From an uncultured delta proteobacterium (GTDB taxonomy: Bacteria; Myxococcota_A; Polyangia; Fen-1088), in contig CAVYGB010000010.1 of assembly GCA_963767925.1 (NCBI GenBank), forward strand, positions 672,001-736,000: 64,000 nucleotides of DNA, read 5' to 3'. This document shows, in pieces, positions 13,868 through 23,131 of the stretch. How positions within the stretch are numbered: the stretch's first letter is position 1; each line of letters begins with the position of its first letter. Under the pieces are notes generated by a model that saw nothing but the letters and a program-made list of their open reading frames with translations, was not told the origin of the DNA and made no database searches. The position numbers and the translations under genes were made by a program.

Positions 13868-15281
13868 TCATTGCAGGCGCACCCGATCGACGTGGTCCCA
13901 CTGGGCCATGTCCGACAGGATCACCTGGTCGCCTTCTCTCAACCCGGAGCGGATCTCGACATTCTTCACCGAGCTACGGCCCAGCTTCACGGTGGTGCGG
14001 CTGGCGTGGCGGCCGTCGGCCTCCAGGCGGAACAGGCCCACGCTGGCCTCCGGCTGCCCGAAGGCGGGGCGCCCCACGAAGAGCACGCTGGCCAGCCGCT
14101 CGATCTCGATCGTCCCCTCGACGTTGAGGTCGGGGCGGGCGCCGTCGGGCAGGGCGCCCTCCAGGCTGACGTCGACCCGCACCGTGCCGGCCACCGCCGC
14201 CGGGTCGATGCGCGCCACCTTGCCCGGGATGATCCCGTTGCGGGTGTCGATCGAGGCCTTCTGCCCGATGCGCACGTCCTTGGCCTGGGTCTCGGGGATA
14301 CGCACCTCCGCCTGCAGGCGATCGGGGCGGGCCACCTTCGCCAGCAGCGCGCCGGCGGCCACCGATTGCCCGGGCTGCAGCGCCAGCTCCTGCAACACGC
14401 CTTCTGAGCCGGCCTTCAGCTTGAGGTCCTCGACCTCCTTGCGGCGGAAGGCGGCGATGTCCCCCAGCCGGGCGATCTGGGCCCGCTGGGCCGTCACCTG
14501 GGCGGCCACCCCCCGCCCCTGGGCCTGCAGCCGCCGCTCCTCGAACTTCAGCCGCCCCTCGAGCTCGCGCTCGCGGCCCAGGGTCTGCCCCTGCTCGAGC
14601 TCGGAGAGGAACCCCTTCCTGGCCAGCACCTCGTCGGCCCGGGCCCGGCGGCGGGCGTCGCCGAGGTCGGACCCGATGGTCGCCACCACCGACTGCTGGG
14701 CGAGCTGCTGCGCGTTCAGGGTGGCGACGAGGTTGGCCAGCTCGGCCTGGGCCTGGGCGAGCTGGCGGTCGGCCTCCAGCGACTGCAGCACCAGGTCGGA
14801 GTTCGTCAGCTCCATGAGGATCGTGTCGGCCTTGACGGTGGCGCCCGGCTTGACCAGCACGCGCTCGACCCGGGCGGCCGCCTTGGCGGCGATCCAGCGG
14901 ATCTCCTCGGGTACCAGGGTCCCCTGCCCCAGCACCTCGCGGACCATGGGGCCCCGCTTGACCGTGTCGGTCCAGACGCTGGCCCGCTCGACGGTGGGGG
15001 CCGCTACCCGCAGCCGCCGCAGCCCGAGGGTGGCGCCCACCAGCAGGAGGGCGCCCGCCACTCCGTAGAGGACGTAGCGGCGGGTGCGGTTGACCGGCGC
15101 GCGGGGGATGTCCAGCCCCGAGCCCCGCGGCGGCCGGGTGAAGGCTTCCAGCTTGTTCTCCGGCTTCTTCTCCGGCCTGTCGTCGGCGTTGCCCTCGGGT
15201 TTGCCCTCGGGTTTCGTCTCGCCCTTGCTCCCGGTCAGGCTGAGGGCGGATTGCTTGCTGGTCGGGATCGAACAACCTCAT
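13868..15281 (-). CDS. Efflux periplasmic adaptor (HlyD/MacA family); start uncertain
   Basis: TM anchor, V+RGPMVREVLGQG, coiled coil, ARPDLNVEGTIEIERL. The ORF is open back to the TolC stop; the ATG at 15281 is out of frame, and GTG 15061 is the first canonical in-frame start. Confidence 0.85.
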
Positions 15282-16876
15282 GGCGCTCTTCCTCTGTTTG
15301 CGGCTGGGTTGGCGGCTGCTCCGGCCGCGGCGCCGTCATCGGCGAAGGCGACCGCGTGGCGCGCGAGGATCTCCCGCGTGAGGGCGTCGACGAACGCCAG
15401 CGCCTTGAGCTGGTCGACGCGCGCGCGCAGGTGGGTGAGCTGGGCCTCGGCCAGCGAGTCCTGCCGCCGGAGCACGTCGAAGTTGGTCGAGCGGCCCACC
15501 TCGAAGCGGGCCTTCTCCGCCTCGAGGTCGAGGGCGGCGGCGTCGGTCGAGCGGGCCAGCACCTCGACCCGCCGCCGGGCGGTGTCGACGGCGATCACCC
15601 CGCGCAAGACCGCGTCGGCCACCTGGTCGGCGATCTCGCTCTCCTGCAGCCGCACCTTCTGCACGGTCTCCCGGGCGGCGTCGTGGGCCCCGTGGGCGAC
15701 GTTGCGCCCGAGCGGGAGCCGGAACACCAGGTTGGCCGCGACGAAGTAGTTGTCCATCCCGGTGAGCCGGCGGTAGGCGTCCCGGGGGGTGGCGGCGTTG
15801 CCCGAGGGCCCGCCCTCCACCGCCAGGTCGAGCTGCGGCAGCAGGCCGTTGCGGGTCACGTCGACCTCGATGCCGGCCGCGCGCCCCTGGGCCCGCGCCG
15901 CCAGGAGCTGCGGGTTGCGATCGAGGGCGGCCTGCACGGCCGCCCCCTCGTCGAGGGCCCGGGCGGGCGGCTGCGGGTCGTCGGCGGCGACGAGCCGGGC
16001 GGCGGCGCGCGTGCGGGGCCGCAAGCCACACAGCCGCGCCAGCTCGAGCCCCCGCTCGGCCAGGCTCTGCTCGGCCACCAGCACCGACTGGTCGCGGAAG
16101 GCGACCGCCACGTCGACCTCCGCCGAGGCGCTGCGCGGCTGCTTGCCCACCTCGATGTTGGCCTGCACCTGCCGGAGCTGCTCGCGGGCCGACCCGGCGG
16201 CGGAGCGGCGGATGACGAGCTGCTGGGTGGCATAGGCCAGCTCCCAGTAGGCGCTCTCCACGTCCCGGAGCAGGGTGGCGGCCGTCCCGTCCCGCTCGAC
16301 AAGGGCCAGGTCCTGCTGCACGGCCGCCCGCCGGCGCGGCGCCCGCGCCACCCCCACCCCGAACCCGCGCAGCAGCGGGTGGGCGAAGCGGAGGCGCAGC
16401 GCCGGCACGTATTCGTCGACGTCGGAGCGGATCGTCCCCATCGGCGGGGCATCATCGAGGGCCAGATCGGTCGCCGACATGGTCCCCAGCTCGCTCACGA
16501 ACTCGCGGCGCTGAAACTGCCCCACCACGCCGAGGCCCAGCCGCCCGCCGGTCGGCAGCGGCTTGATCAGCGACAGCGCGCCGGCCACGTCGTCCGTCCG
16601 CCGCTGCTGGGTGGGGATGCCGGGCACCAGCTCGCGCTGGCTCTGTTCCCAGTTGCCCTCCGCCTCCAGCAGGAAGTCCTCGAGGCCGCGCGCGGCCTGC
16701 ACGGCGGCGGTCGCGATGCGGACCTCGGCGCCGGCCGCGAGCAGGGTCGGGTTGCCGCGCACCGCCAGGGCGACCGCGTCGCGCAGGGCGAGCGTCCGCC
16801 CCTCGGCCGGCCCCTGGGCGAACGCCCGGGGCGCGGCGATCCCGATCAGAACGAGAAGCAGGGCGGAGACGCGCAC
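15278..16876 (-). CDS. TolC-family outer membrane efflux protein
   Basis: Signal peptide, LALRDAVALAVRGNP, LLPQLDL and RFEVGRSTNFDVL motifs; adjacent to the adaptor gene. Confidence 0.9.
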   Translation of the reverse strand: MRVSALLLVLIGIAAPRAFAQGPAEGRTLALRDAVALAVRGNPTLLAAGAEVRIATAAVQAARGLEDFLLEAEGNWEQSQRELVPGIPTQQRRTDDVAGALSLIKPLPTGGRLGLGVVGQFQRREFVSELGTMSATDLALDDAPPMGTIRSDVDEYVPALRLRFAHPLLRGFGVGVARAPRRRAAVQQDLALVERDGTAATLLRDVESAYWELAYATQQLVIRRSAAGSAREQLRQVQANIEVGKQPRSASAEVDVAVAFRDQSVLVAEQSLAERGLELARLCGLRPRTRAAARLVAADDPQPPARALDEGAAVQAALDRNPQLLAARAQGRAAGIEVDVTRNGLLPQLDLAVEGGPSGNAATPRDAYRRLTGMDNYFVAANLVFRLPLGRNVAHGAHDAARETVQKVRLQESEIADQVADAVLRGVIAVDTARRRVEVLARSTDAAALDLEAEKARFEVGRSTNFDVLRRQDSLAEAQLTHLRARVDQLKALAFVDALTREILARHAVAFADDGAAAGAAANPAANRGRAP

Positions 16877-16888
16877 GGACCCACCTCA

Positions 16889-16905
16889 AGCGATGCCCGT
16901 GCCAA
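16889..16905 (-). promoter_or_regulatory. Putative sigma54 promoter (-24/-12)
   Basis: TTGGCAC-GGGCA-TCGCT on the minus strand; the -12 C lies 14 nt before the GTG at 16876. Confidence 0.6.
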
Positions 16906-16999
16906 CCGACAAACCCCCGAAAGGACGACCCTTACCGCCCGCCGCAGGGGGCCCCTGTCCGCTTGTGGGAAAAAAGGTCCCGCAAGCGAACAGGCCGGC

Positions 17000-17034
17000 C
17001 GCCTGAACGCCCCCGGATCCGGCGCGTTCAGGCG
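17000..17034. terminator. Hairpin overlapping the oxidoreductase stop codon
   Basis: CGCCTGAACGC...GCGTTCAGGCG, an 11-bp perfect stem. Confidence 0.45.
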
Positions 17035-18242
17035 CGTTCGATTTTGCCCCGGTCGTTGTTCCAGCGCACAGGGGCGTTCTGGCGAAAGGACAGGTTGCAC
17101 AGGTGCGAGACGCGGGCCGCTTCGTGCGCCACCCGCATCGGCGCGGTCGGCGGCTTGCGCGAGCGCACGCAGGCGACGAAGTTCTCGAGGTGGCTCAGGG
17201 TGCCGTCCTTCTCGGACAGCACCTGCACCTGGGGCGCGGGGGTGGAGGTGCCGGGCAGGTTGGCCCCGTCTTCGGCGTAGAAGGCCAGCCGCCGCCGGCT
17301 GACCTTCAGGGTGCCGAGCGTCCCCCGAAACTCGATGTCGCCGTCGTCGATCCGGCTGGCCATGCTGTTGGTGAACGTGACCTGGAACTTCGGATAGTCG
17401 AGGACGCTGGTGGAGGTGTCGGGCGCGTCCTGGGTCGAGGTGAAGCGCGCGCCCCTCGTGTAGACCTGCGCGGGGGCGGTGGCCCCGGTGTACCAGTGGA
17501 CCACGTCGATCCAGTGGGTCAGAAGCTCGCAGATCGGCCCGCCCCCGAAGTTCCAGAACCAGCGCCAGCGGTTGTAGTGCTCCGCCGTGAGGGGCAGCGG
17601 CCGGGCCGACCCGGTGAAGCGCTTCCAGTCGATCTTGTCGGGCTTGAACTCCGGGTAGGTCCGCCGGGTGGCGTTCATGTACCAGTAGGCGTGGACGAAG
17701 GTGAGCTGGCCCAGCTTGCCCGCGCGCACCAGCTCGGCCCCCTGGATGTAGTGGGCCCAGCTCCGCTGCTGGGTGCCGGTCTGGACCACCTGCTTGCTGG
17801 CCTCCACCGCCTTGACCATCTGCACCCCCTCCTCGATCGAGTGCGAGACCGCCTTCTCGAGGAAGATGTCCTTGCCCGCCTGCAGGGCATCGAGGGTCAT
17901 CTGCTTGTGCCAGTGCTGGGGCGAGCCGATGACGACGGCGTCGACCTCCTTGCTGTCGAGCACCGCCCGGTGGTCGGCCTGCTGGCGGGCCTTGCCGTCG
18001 AGCAGGGCGGCCGCCTCCAGCAGCCGGGGCTCGTAGACGTCGCAGATCATCACCTGCTCGGTGCCGGGGATCTCCTTGAGCCGCTTCATCAGCGACTGGG
18101 CCCGGGCCCCCGTCCCGATCACCCCGATGCGAAGGCGCTCGTTGGCCCCCCAGACCCTGCGGTACGAGAGCGCCGTGCTCGCCAGCGCCGCCCCGCCCGC
18201 CGCCCGCAAAAATGGCCGTCGGCTCAGACCCGATGTCTCCAT
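17028..18242 (-). CDS. Gfo/Idh/MocA family oxidoreductase, Tat-exported
   Basis: SRRPFL Tat motif, IGVIGTG, EKAV (EKP-like), QTGTQQRS and THWID. Confidence 0.9.
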   Translation of the reverse strand: METSGLSRRPFLRAAGGAALASTALSYRRVWGANERLRIGVIGTGARAQSLMKRLKEIPGTEQVMICDVYEPRLLEAAALLDGKARQQADHRAVLDSKEVDAVVIGSPQHWHKQMTLDALQAGKDIFLEKAVSHSIEEGVQMVKAVEASKQVVQTGTQQRSWAHYIQGAELVRAGKLGQLTFVHAYWYMNATRRTYPEFKPDKIDWKRFTGSARPLPLTAEHYNRWRWFWNFGGGPICELLTHWIDVVHWYTGATAPAQVYTRGARFTSTQDAPDTSTSVLDYPKFQVTFTNSMASRIDDGDIEFRGTLGTLKVSRRRLAFYAEDGANLPGTSTPAPQVQVLSEKDGTLSHLENFVACVRSRKPPTAPMRVAHEAARVSHLCNLSFRQNAPVRWNNDRGKIERA

Positions 18243-18302
18243 CCCGATCCTCCTTGTCTGCTGACTACCGCCCCACCCACCCCGAGTGTCCAGAGCGCAG
18301 GG

Positions 18303-20069
18303 TCAGTTCGCCGCGGGGGCCAGGGTGAGCTGGCGCAGGTTGACCGCCTTCCAGGCCTTGGCCTCGGGGCGCAGGGCGATGTCGTGCTCGCCGGGGGCGG
18401 CGATCTGGACCTGGCCGAGCTTCACCTTCTGGTAGCGGTCGGCGCCGCCGGTCGCGGTGATGGGGGCGGCGACCTTCTGCTCGCCCACCGCGAGCTGGAG
18501 CTGCGCCGGGCTCTCGGCCGCCACCTCGGCCGTCACGTCGAACTTGCCGGGCTTGTCGATGTGGAACTTCCAGCCCACCCAGGCCCGGGCGTCGCCCCAG
18601 TTGCCGACGTAGGCCGGGCCGCGCTTGGACTCGACCCGGGCGTCGGTCCCCAGCACGTTGTGGATGTCGGCCTCGATCGCGCTGAGGCTAACGCTGCCGG
18701 TCTCCGACTGCCGCGGCCAGATCTTGATCACGTCGAGGGGCGAGCCCAGCTCGACCTTGATCACGCTGGCGATGGGGTCGGGCGCCTGGGCCGGCAGCTC
18801 GAGCACCACTCCGTCGGCCTCGGCCTGGAACTTCAGCTTCTGCTTGCCGGCCAGCAAGGCGGCGCTCTTGATCTTGCTGCGCAGGCCGGGGACCTGCAGC
18901 TTGCCGTCCTGGGGCCAGTCGAACACGTGCAGGTAGAGGGTCCCCCCGTCCTTGCGCAGCTTGGTGGTGCTGCGGCCCCAGGCCAGCTTGGCGAAGGGGC
19001 TGGCGGTGGTGCCATAGATGGCCTCGCCGTTGACCTTCATCCAGCGGCCGACCTCCTTGAGCCGCTCGATGCTGGGGGCGGGGATCTCTCCCGCCGCGGT
19101 GGGGCCCACGTTGAGCAGGAAGTTGCCCCCCTTGGACACGATGTCGCTGAGCTTGCGGATCAGATCCTCGGTGCTCTTCCAGTTCTGGTCGTAGCTCTTG
19201 TAGCCCCAGGTGTCGTTCATCGTCATGCAGACCTCCCAGTCGCGGCCGGGGATGCCGGTCGCCGGGATGAACTGCTCGGGCGTGTCGGTGTCACCCTTGA
19301 AGCCGCCGCCCAGCCGGTTGTTGGTGACCAGCAGCGGCCGGGCCGCCACCAGCGGCTGCAACAGCGCCGCCCGCTCGGGGTTCATCAGATAGGGCGTGTC
19401 CCACCACAGGATGTCGGGCTTGAAGCGGGTGAGGACCTCCTCGGTCTGGGGCAGGGCGATGCCGCGCAGGTACTCGTCGAACTTGCCCTTGTGGGCGTCG
19501 TCCCAGCCCCCGCCGTCGTCGTGCCCGCGCTTGGCGCCGCCCGGGTGGATCCAGTCCTGGGCCTGCGAGTAATAGAGGCCGAACTTCAGGCCGCGCCGCC
19601 GGACCGCCCGGGACAGCGGGGTCAGGAGGTCCTTCTTGTACGGCGTCGCCCCGGCCACGTCCCACTCGCTGACCTTGGAGTCGTAGAGGGCGAAGCCGTC
19701 GTGGTGCTTGCTGGTGATGACGACGTATTTCATGCCCGCCGCCTGGGCCAGCGCCGCCCAGGACTCGGGGTCGTATTTGACCGGGTTGAAGTCCTTGGCG
19801 TAGGCCCGGTATTCGGCGACCGGGATCTTGCCGCGCAGGAGGATCCACTCGCCGATGCCGTCGATCGGCTTGCCCTGGTAGGTCCCCGCCGGCACCGCGT
19901 AGACGCCCCAGTGGATGAAGAGGCCGAAGCGGGCCTGCCGCCACCACTTCATGCGGGCCTCGCGCTCGGCGGCCTCGTCACCGGCCGGAGCGGCGAGGGC
20001 CGGGCCGAGCAGGCCGAGCAGCAGTCCCACGGTCACGACCGACTTGCCGATAAGACCCATCTTGCGCAT
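18303..20069 (-). CDS. Alpha-L-fucosidase (GH29) with C-terminal beta-sandwich/CBM-like domain
   Basis: RFGLFIHWG, TSKHHDGF, LWWD nucleophile, WEVCMTMNDTWGY and GGNFLLNVGP. Confidence 0.92.
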   Translation of the reverse strand: MRKMGLIGKSVVTVGLLLGLLGPALAAPAGDEAAEREARMKWWRQARFGLFIHWGVYAVPAGTYQGKPIDGIGEWILLRGKIPVAEYRAYAKDFNPVKYDPESWAALAQAAGMKYVVITSKHHDGFALYDSKVSEWDVAGATPYKKDLLTPLSRAVRRRGLKFGLYYSQAQDWIHPGGAKRGHDDGGGWDDAHKGKFDEYLRGIALPQTEEVLTRFKPDILWWDTPYLMNPERAALLQPLVAARPLLVTNNRLGGGFKGDTDTPEQFIPATGIPGRDWEVCMTMNDTWGYKSYDQNWKSTEDLIRKLSDIVSKGGNFLLNVGPTAAGEIPAPSIERLKEVGRWMKVNGEAIYGTTASPFAKLAWGRSTTKLRKDGGTLYLHVFDWPQDGKLQVPGLRSKIKSAALLAGKQKLKFQAEADGVVLELPAQAPDPIASVIKVELGSPLDVIKIWPRQSETGSVSLSAIEADIHNVLGTDARVESKRGPAYVGNWGDARAWVGWKFHIDKPGKFDVTAEVAAESPAQLQLAVGEQKVAAPITATGGADRYQKVKLGQVQIAAPGEHDIALRPEAKAWKAVNLRQLTLAPAAN

Positions 20070-20120
20070 GGGCGCGACTCTAGACCCACAACCTCCGCCC
20101 CGAAAGGGCGAAGCGCCCCC

Positions 20121-21839
20121 TCAGGGGGACAGGGCGGGCTGGACGCCGGCGGCCAGGGCCGCCACTTCCTGAGCAGGCAGCGCCCGGTCGTAGATGACCA
20201 GCTCGTCGAGGGCCCCGCGCAGGCGCTCGGAGGTCGCGCCCAGGCCGTTGCGGGCGGCGCCGATCAGCAAAGCATTTTCGCCGCCCGAGCCAGAGGGCAG
20301 CGCGATCGGCGGGCGGGATCGTTTGCGCGCCACCTCGACCCCATCGAGGTAGAGGCGGGCCACCCGATCGCGATCCCGGGTCGCCGCCACGTGAACCCAG
20401 CGGTCCAGCGGGAACTCGGTCGCCAGCCGGATCCGCCACAGATCGCTGCTGAGCATCAGCTTGCTGGCGGTGAACCCGAGAAAGAAGCTGTCGCGGGCGC
20501 CCCACCCTTGCTGGCGGCTCACGATGGCCCGCACCTTCTCGGGCGGGCCGCGGCGCCGGATCCAGACGGCGATGGTCATCTCGTCGCCGCCGGTGGCCAG
20601 CGGGTCGACGCCGGGACATTCCAGCCAGGCGCGCCCGTTGAACTCCAGGGCGCCCCCGTGGGGGCCGCTGATCCGGTCGCGCCGGCCGTCGATCCGCTGG
20701 AGCTGGCAGTCGTTGGTGCTGCCCGAGACGTCGACAACCGCCGGCGTGCCCCGCCCCTCGTCGAAGCGCCAGTAGGCCACGATCCCCTCGGCGAGGTGCG
20801 TGGGGGAAGGCCCGGGCGCGAAGGCGGGCATCACCTTGAGCGGCGGCAGCGCGCCGGCGCTGCTCGCCAGCGTCGCCTGGGGGCGGGAGGCGCTCCGCCC
20901 CGGTCGGAGCATGAGGGTCGGCAGGGGCGAGCCGGGCCCGGCCACCGCCACCCCCGGCACCTCGACGAGGTGCTCGCGCACCAGGAGGCCGAGCAGCCCG
21001 GCCGCGGCCACGAAGCCCGCCCCGGCGATCCAGGGCAACACCGGCCGCGGGAGCGAAGCGACCGGTGCGGAGACCGGGGCGACCGGTCGAGAGACCGGGG
21101 CGACCGGACGGGCAGCGGCGGACCCCCGCGGCCGGGGCGGGGAGGCGAAGCCGGGGGCCAGCAGCACGGCGCGGAGCCGCGAGAGGGTCTTGGCCCGGCT
21201 CTGCTCGGACAGGCGGATGGCCGCGTCGTCGACCTCGAGCAAGGTCTCCGGTCGGGCGTGCACCCGGGTCCCCGCGCCGGCAATTGTGTTGAGCCGACGG
21301 ACTGCCGCGGCGAACGCGCGCCGCCCCGCCCGCAGCCGGCTGTAAGCGGTGAACAGGGGGACCTTCGTCGCCCGCGCCACCTCGCGCACCCCCAGGCCGT
21401 CCAGGTGGTGCAAGATCATCGCCGTCCGTTGCTTCTCCGGGACCTGGGACAGGGCCTGCAGGACCAGGGCCCGCAGGCGGCCGGCGGCGATCTGGTCCTC
21501 GGGGCCCGCCGCCTGGTCGCGGGTGTCGACGAGGCCGCCGGGGACCTCGCGGGCGATGCGGTCCCGATGGTTGTAGGCCACCCGGAAGGCGATCCCGGCC
21601 AGCCAGGGACGCAGCGGCCGCGCGGGGTCGTAGTCGACCCACCGGCGCCACATGATGAGGAAGACCTCCTGCGCCAGATCGTCGGCGTCGCTGGCGCTGA
21701 TCCCGTGGCGACGCAGCGCCTTGTGGATGTAGTCGAGCTCGGCCTGGAAGGCCGCCACGCAGCCCTCGAGCTCGCGGCCGCCATGCCCTCTATCCCCGGG
21801 GGCCTTGGGGGGAGACGACCTCATGATCCGGGGCCGCAC
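20121..21839 (-). CDS. ECF sigma-70 factor fused to TM helix and LamG (ConA-like) domain
   Basis: Sigma2 (DADDLAQEVF, WLAGIA), sigma4 (LDGLGVREVA..TAYSRL), TM (WIAGAGFVAAAGLLGLLV) and LamG (VAYWRFDEG, WVHVAAT, LYLDG, GALDELVIYDRAL). Start is 21839 or ATG 21824. Confidence 0.85.
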   Translation of the reverse strand: MRPRIMRSSPPKAPGDRGHGGRELEGCVAAFQAELDYIHKALRRHGISASDADDLAQEVFLIMWRRWVDYDPARPLRPWLAGIAFRVAYNHRDRIAREVPGGLVDTRDQAAGPEDQIAAGRLRALVLQALSQVPEKQRTAMILHHLDGLGVREVARATKVPLFTAYSRLRAGRRAFAAAVRRLNTIAGAGTRVHARPETLLEVDDAAIRLSEQSRAKTLSRLRAVLLAPGFASPPRPRGSAAARPVAPVSRPVAPVSAPVASLPRPVLPWIAGAGFVAAAGLLGLLVREHLVEVPGVAVAGPGSPLPTLMLRPGRSASRPQATLASSAGALPPLKVMPAFAPGPSPTHLAEGIVAYWRFDEGRGTPAVVDVSGSTNDCQLQRIDGRRDRISGPHGGALEFNGRAWLECPGVDPLATGGDEMTIAVWIRRRGPPEKVRAIVSRQQGWGARDSFFLGFTASKLMLSSDLWRIRLATEFPLDRWVHVAATRDRDRVARLYLDGVEVARKRSRPPIALPSGSGGENALLIGAARNGLGATSERLRGALDELVIYDRALPAQEVAALAAGVQPALSP

Positions 21840-22006
21840 AATACCGGACCGGGTCTTTTGGTTGTCGCTAAATTGCGTGACGTGCGCCGTGCCATGCCCC
21901 CCTCGCCCCTCGCCGGCCTGGTCACGCGACGCATTCGCATCCTCTTTCCGGAATCGGCCTTAGACTTCGGACCGCAGCTCACGCAAAGCTTAGTGAAGGT
22001 TCGCAA

Positions 22007-22972
22007 ATGGACAACGACACCCCCTGGGGCACCAAGCGCCTCATCAATGGACAGTGGCGGGTGTATTTCGATGGGTACTGGATCAAATCTTACGACCCTC
22101 CGGCCGACACGCTGGGGGCAAAAAAGCGCCTGATCGAGGCCCTCACCCGCCGGCTCTTCAACCACGTCGAGCACGGGCTCAACATCCCGGGAACCCGCCT
22201 GACGGAGGCCCGGAAGACGTTCCTGGAGGAGAAGGACCCCCGCAAGAAGCGGGTCAAGGGGGCCATGCTGGCAGGCGCCCTCTTCAACCGAGCGACCGAC
22301 GTGTTCACCAAGGTTGTCGAGATCCAGGCGCTGGGCATCGAGATAGAGACCGACAACGCCCTCATGCGCGAGTGCGAGGAGCACCTCAAGGAGGCGCTCC
22401 TGCTCGGCCGGATGGTCCTGCACCGGAGCGGCGACGAGGGGATCGACGAGCTGTGGGGCGAGCCCTTCAAGGCCTTCGCCCTGCCCATCGAGGCCTTCTA
22501 CCGGAGCCGCTACCTCAAGATCGCCCAGACCATGGCGGACATCGATCGCATCGGGACCGAGCTCCACCGCACCTTCGTCCAGCTCGCCATGTTCGCAGGC
22601 ATCGAGGTCCACCTCTCCGATCTCGTCGCCTCGGCCAAGCTGAAGTGCGAGACCCTGCAGACCGACGACGACATCTTCGACGTCTGGGCCTCCTTCGTGG
22701 CCTCGGCCGAACGGCTCAGCGAGTTCATGCCGACGCTGTCGGGGGACGCCTCGGTGCAAGAGCAGCTCGCCGCCGAGCAGGGCCGGCAGCTCGTGCGGGC
22801 CGGGATCGACCTCGTCTCCTACGTGACCCGAGCGCGGGTGTCGATGCCGAAGAGCACGGCGGAGTTCCTCCACCGCTGTGTCGCCTTCCGGGCCAGCTAC
22901 CTGGCGATCACCCCCGCCCCCTCCACCCCCACCCGCACCCCCGCCCCCCGCGCCAGCAACCCCGCGCCCTGA
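22007..22972 (+). CDS. Conserved hypothetical protein
   Basis: Clean 321-aa ORF with typical high-GC codon usage and an aromatic-rich N-terminus (WRVYFDGYWIK); no domain recognised. Confidence 0.75.
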   Translation: MDNDTPWGTKRLINGQWRVYFDGYWIKSYDPPADTLGAKKRLIEALTRRLFNHVEHGLNIPGTRLTEARKTFLEEKDPRKKRVKGAMLAGALFNRATDVFTKVVEIQALGIEIETDNALMRECEEHLKEALLLGRMVLHRSGDEGIDELWGEPFKAFALPIEAFYRSRYLKIAQTMADIDRIGTELHRTFVQLAMFAGIEVHLSDLVASAKLKCETLQTDDDIFDVWASFVASAERLSEFMPTLSGDASVQEQLAAEQGRQLVRAGIDLVSYVTRARVSMPKSTAEFLHRCVAFRASYLAITPAPSTPTRTPAPRASNPAP

Positions 22973-23103
22973 GGACCACCGCCCGGCGCGGCTCCGGGCG
23001 CTCGAGGGCCGTCCCGCCTCGACGCGGCCGATCCCCGACATCGCTGTCCGGACTCGGTCGCGAAGATCTCGCATGGCGCGGGGAAGCGGGCCGATGATCG
23101 CCG

Positions 23104-23119
23104 TGGCCAGGGCCTTGCA
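23104..23119 (+). promoter_or_regulatory. Putative sigma54 promoter
   Basis: TGGCCA-GGGCC-TTGCA; the -12 C lies 14 nt before the ATG at 23132. Confidence 0.6.
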
Positions 23120-23131
23120 CCGGGGGGCCGC

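Noticed and set aside
10169..22133. Very long plus-strand ORFs (1412 aa and 1676 aa) and similar shadow ORFs
   Set aside because: They are antisense or alternate frames of recognisable genes; stop codons are scarce at this GC content.
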